This document shows positions 63,821 to 64,000 of a stretch of DNA of 64,000 bases, one piece after another. The stretch is from assembly GCA_902795265.1 (NCBI GenBank), contig CADBKM010000001.1, forward strand, positions 28,456 to 92,455, read 5' to 3'. The notes under the pieces were generated by a model, which made no database searches, was not told where the DNA came from, and worked only from the letters and a program-made list of their open reading frames with translations. A program made the position numbers and the translations under genes. Numbering within the stretch: the first letter of the stretch is position 1; each line of letters opens with the position of its first letter. The DNA is from an uncultured Eubacteriales bacterium. Its GTDB lineage: Bacteria; Bacillota; Clostridia; Peptostreptococcales; Anaerovoracaceae.

Positions 63821-64000
63821 ATGAAGAAGAGACTATTAGCTCTCGCTATGGTTGCTGCAATGATCATTGCTACTGCAGCACACCTGGCAGCGACAGCAGC
63901 TCTGACGGAGGCGAGAAGGTCTTCAGGTATGCTGTCAACACTGAGCCAACAACCTTCGATCCTACAAAGGGCAACAGCATCGGAGACAACGAGATCCAGC
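63821..64000 (+). pseudogene. Family-5 (peptide/nickel) ABC substrate-binding lipoprotein, 5' end only, with an apparent 1-nt frameshift
   Basis: ATG at 63821 follows AAGGAGG and encodes the signal peptide MKKRLLALAMVAAMIIAT. The lipobox Cys and mature sequence CSTPGSDSSSDGGEKVFRYAVNTEPTTFDPTKG continue in the +2 frame from 63874. Confidence 0.5.

Noticed and set aside
1-64000. CRISPR arrays, tRNA/rRNA genes, IS elements, integrases, toxin-antitoxin or defence-system genes.
   Set aside because: I saw no direct-repeat arrays, no cloverleaf-like or rRNA-like segments, and no transposase-, recombinase- or nuclease-like ORFs on either strand. The only repeats found are the 66-nt and 24-nt elements reported above.

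Overview
This 64 kb window is almost entirely coding, with about 58 genes and all but 4 on the + strand. Gene content suggests an anaerobic Firmicute (Clostridia-like): AGGAGG ribosome-binding sites, lipoprotein lipoboxes, glycyl-radical enzymes and selenium-linked molybdoenzymes. The taxon is an inference. I recognised no rRNA, tRNA, CRISPR array, transposase or phage gene.

Layout:
- (i) 1-5.6 kb: M20 peptidase fragment, YfcC-type carrier, domain-permuted GH3 glycosidase, AzlCD.
- (ii) 5.7-11.2 kb: MFS transporter, FAD protein and two fold-type-II PLP enzymes of unknown role.
- (iii) 11.4-19.6 kb: BMP-type nucleoside ABC importer, adenine deaminase, M20D amidohydrolase.
- (iv) 19.7-24.9 kb: ModE-like regulator, MoeA-like protein, ModABC, XdhC-like maturation factor.
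- (v) 24.9-50.8 kb: the centrepiece, homologues of the E. coli ygeW-ygeY-hyuA-yqeA-yqeB-yqeC-ygfJ-ygfK-ssnA-ygfM-xdhD set plus xdhABC, a third fused Mo-hydroxylase with a polyferredoxin, an NCS2 purine permease and MerR and YheO-like regulators. This is a selenium-dependent molybdenum-hydroxylase purine/urate fermentation supercluster.
- (vi) 51-55.3 kb: xpt, alpha/beta hydrolase, membrane-anchored MurF-like ligase, Ddl.
- (vii) 55.3-64 kb: a TetR-controlled locus with a hydroxyproline-dehydratase-type glycyl radical enzyme and its activase, proline iminopeptidase, GH127, P5C dehydrogenase and a frameshifted peptide-binding lipoprotein.

Non-coding observations:
- A 235-nt multi-hairpin element lies upstream of adenine deaminase. 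A 66-nt arm of it recurs, inverted and 63/66 identical, upstream of ygfK.
- A 24-nt AT-rich inverted repeat is duplicated in front of the ModE-like gene and modA.
- An 18-nt perfect palindrome sits just downstream of a consensus promoter after the TetR gene.

All functional calls rest on my own recognition of motifs and family resemblance. No database search was run.
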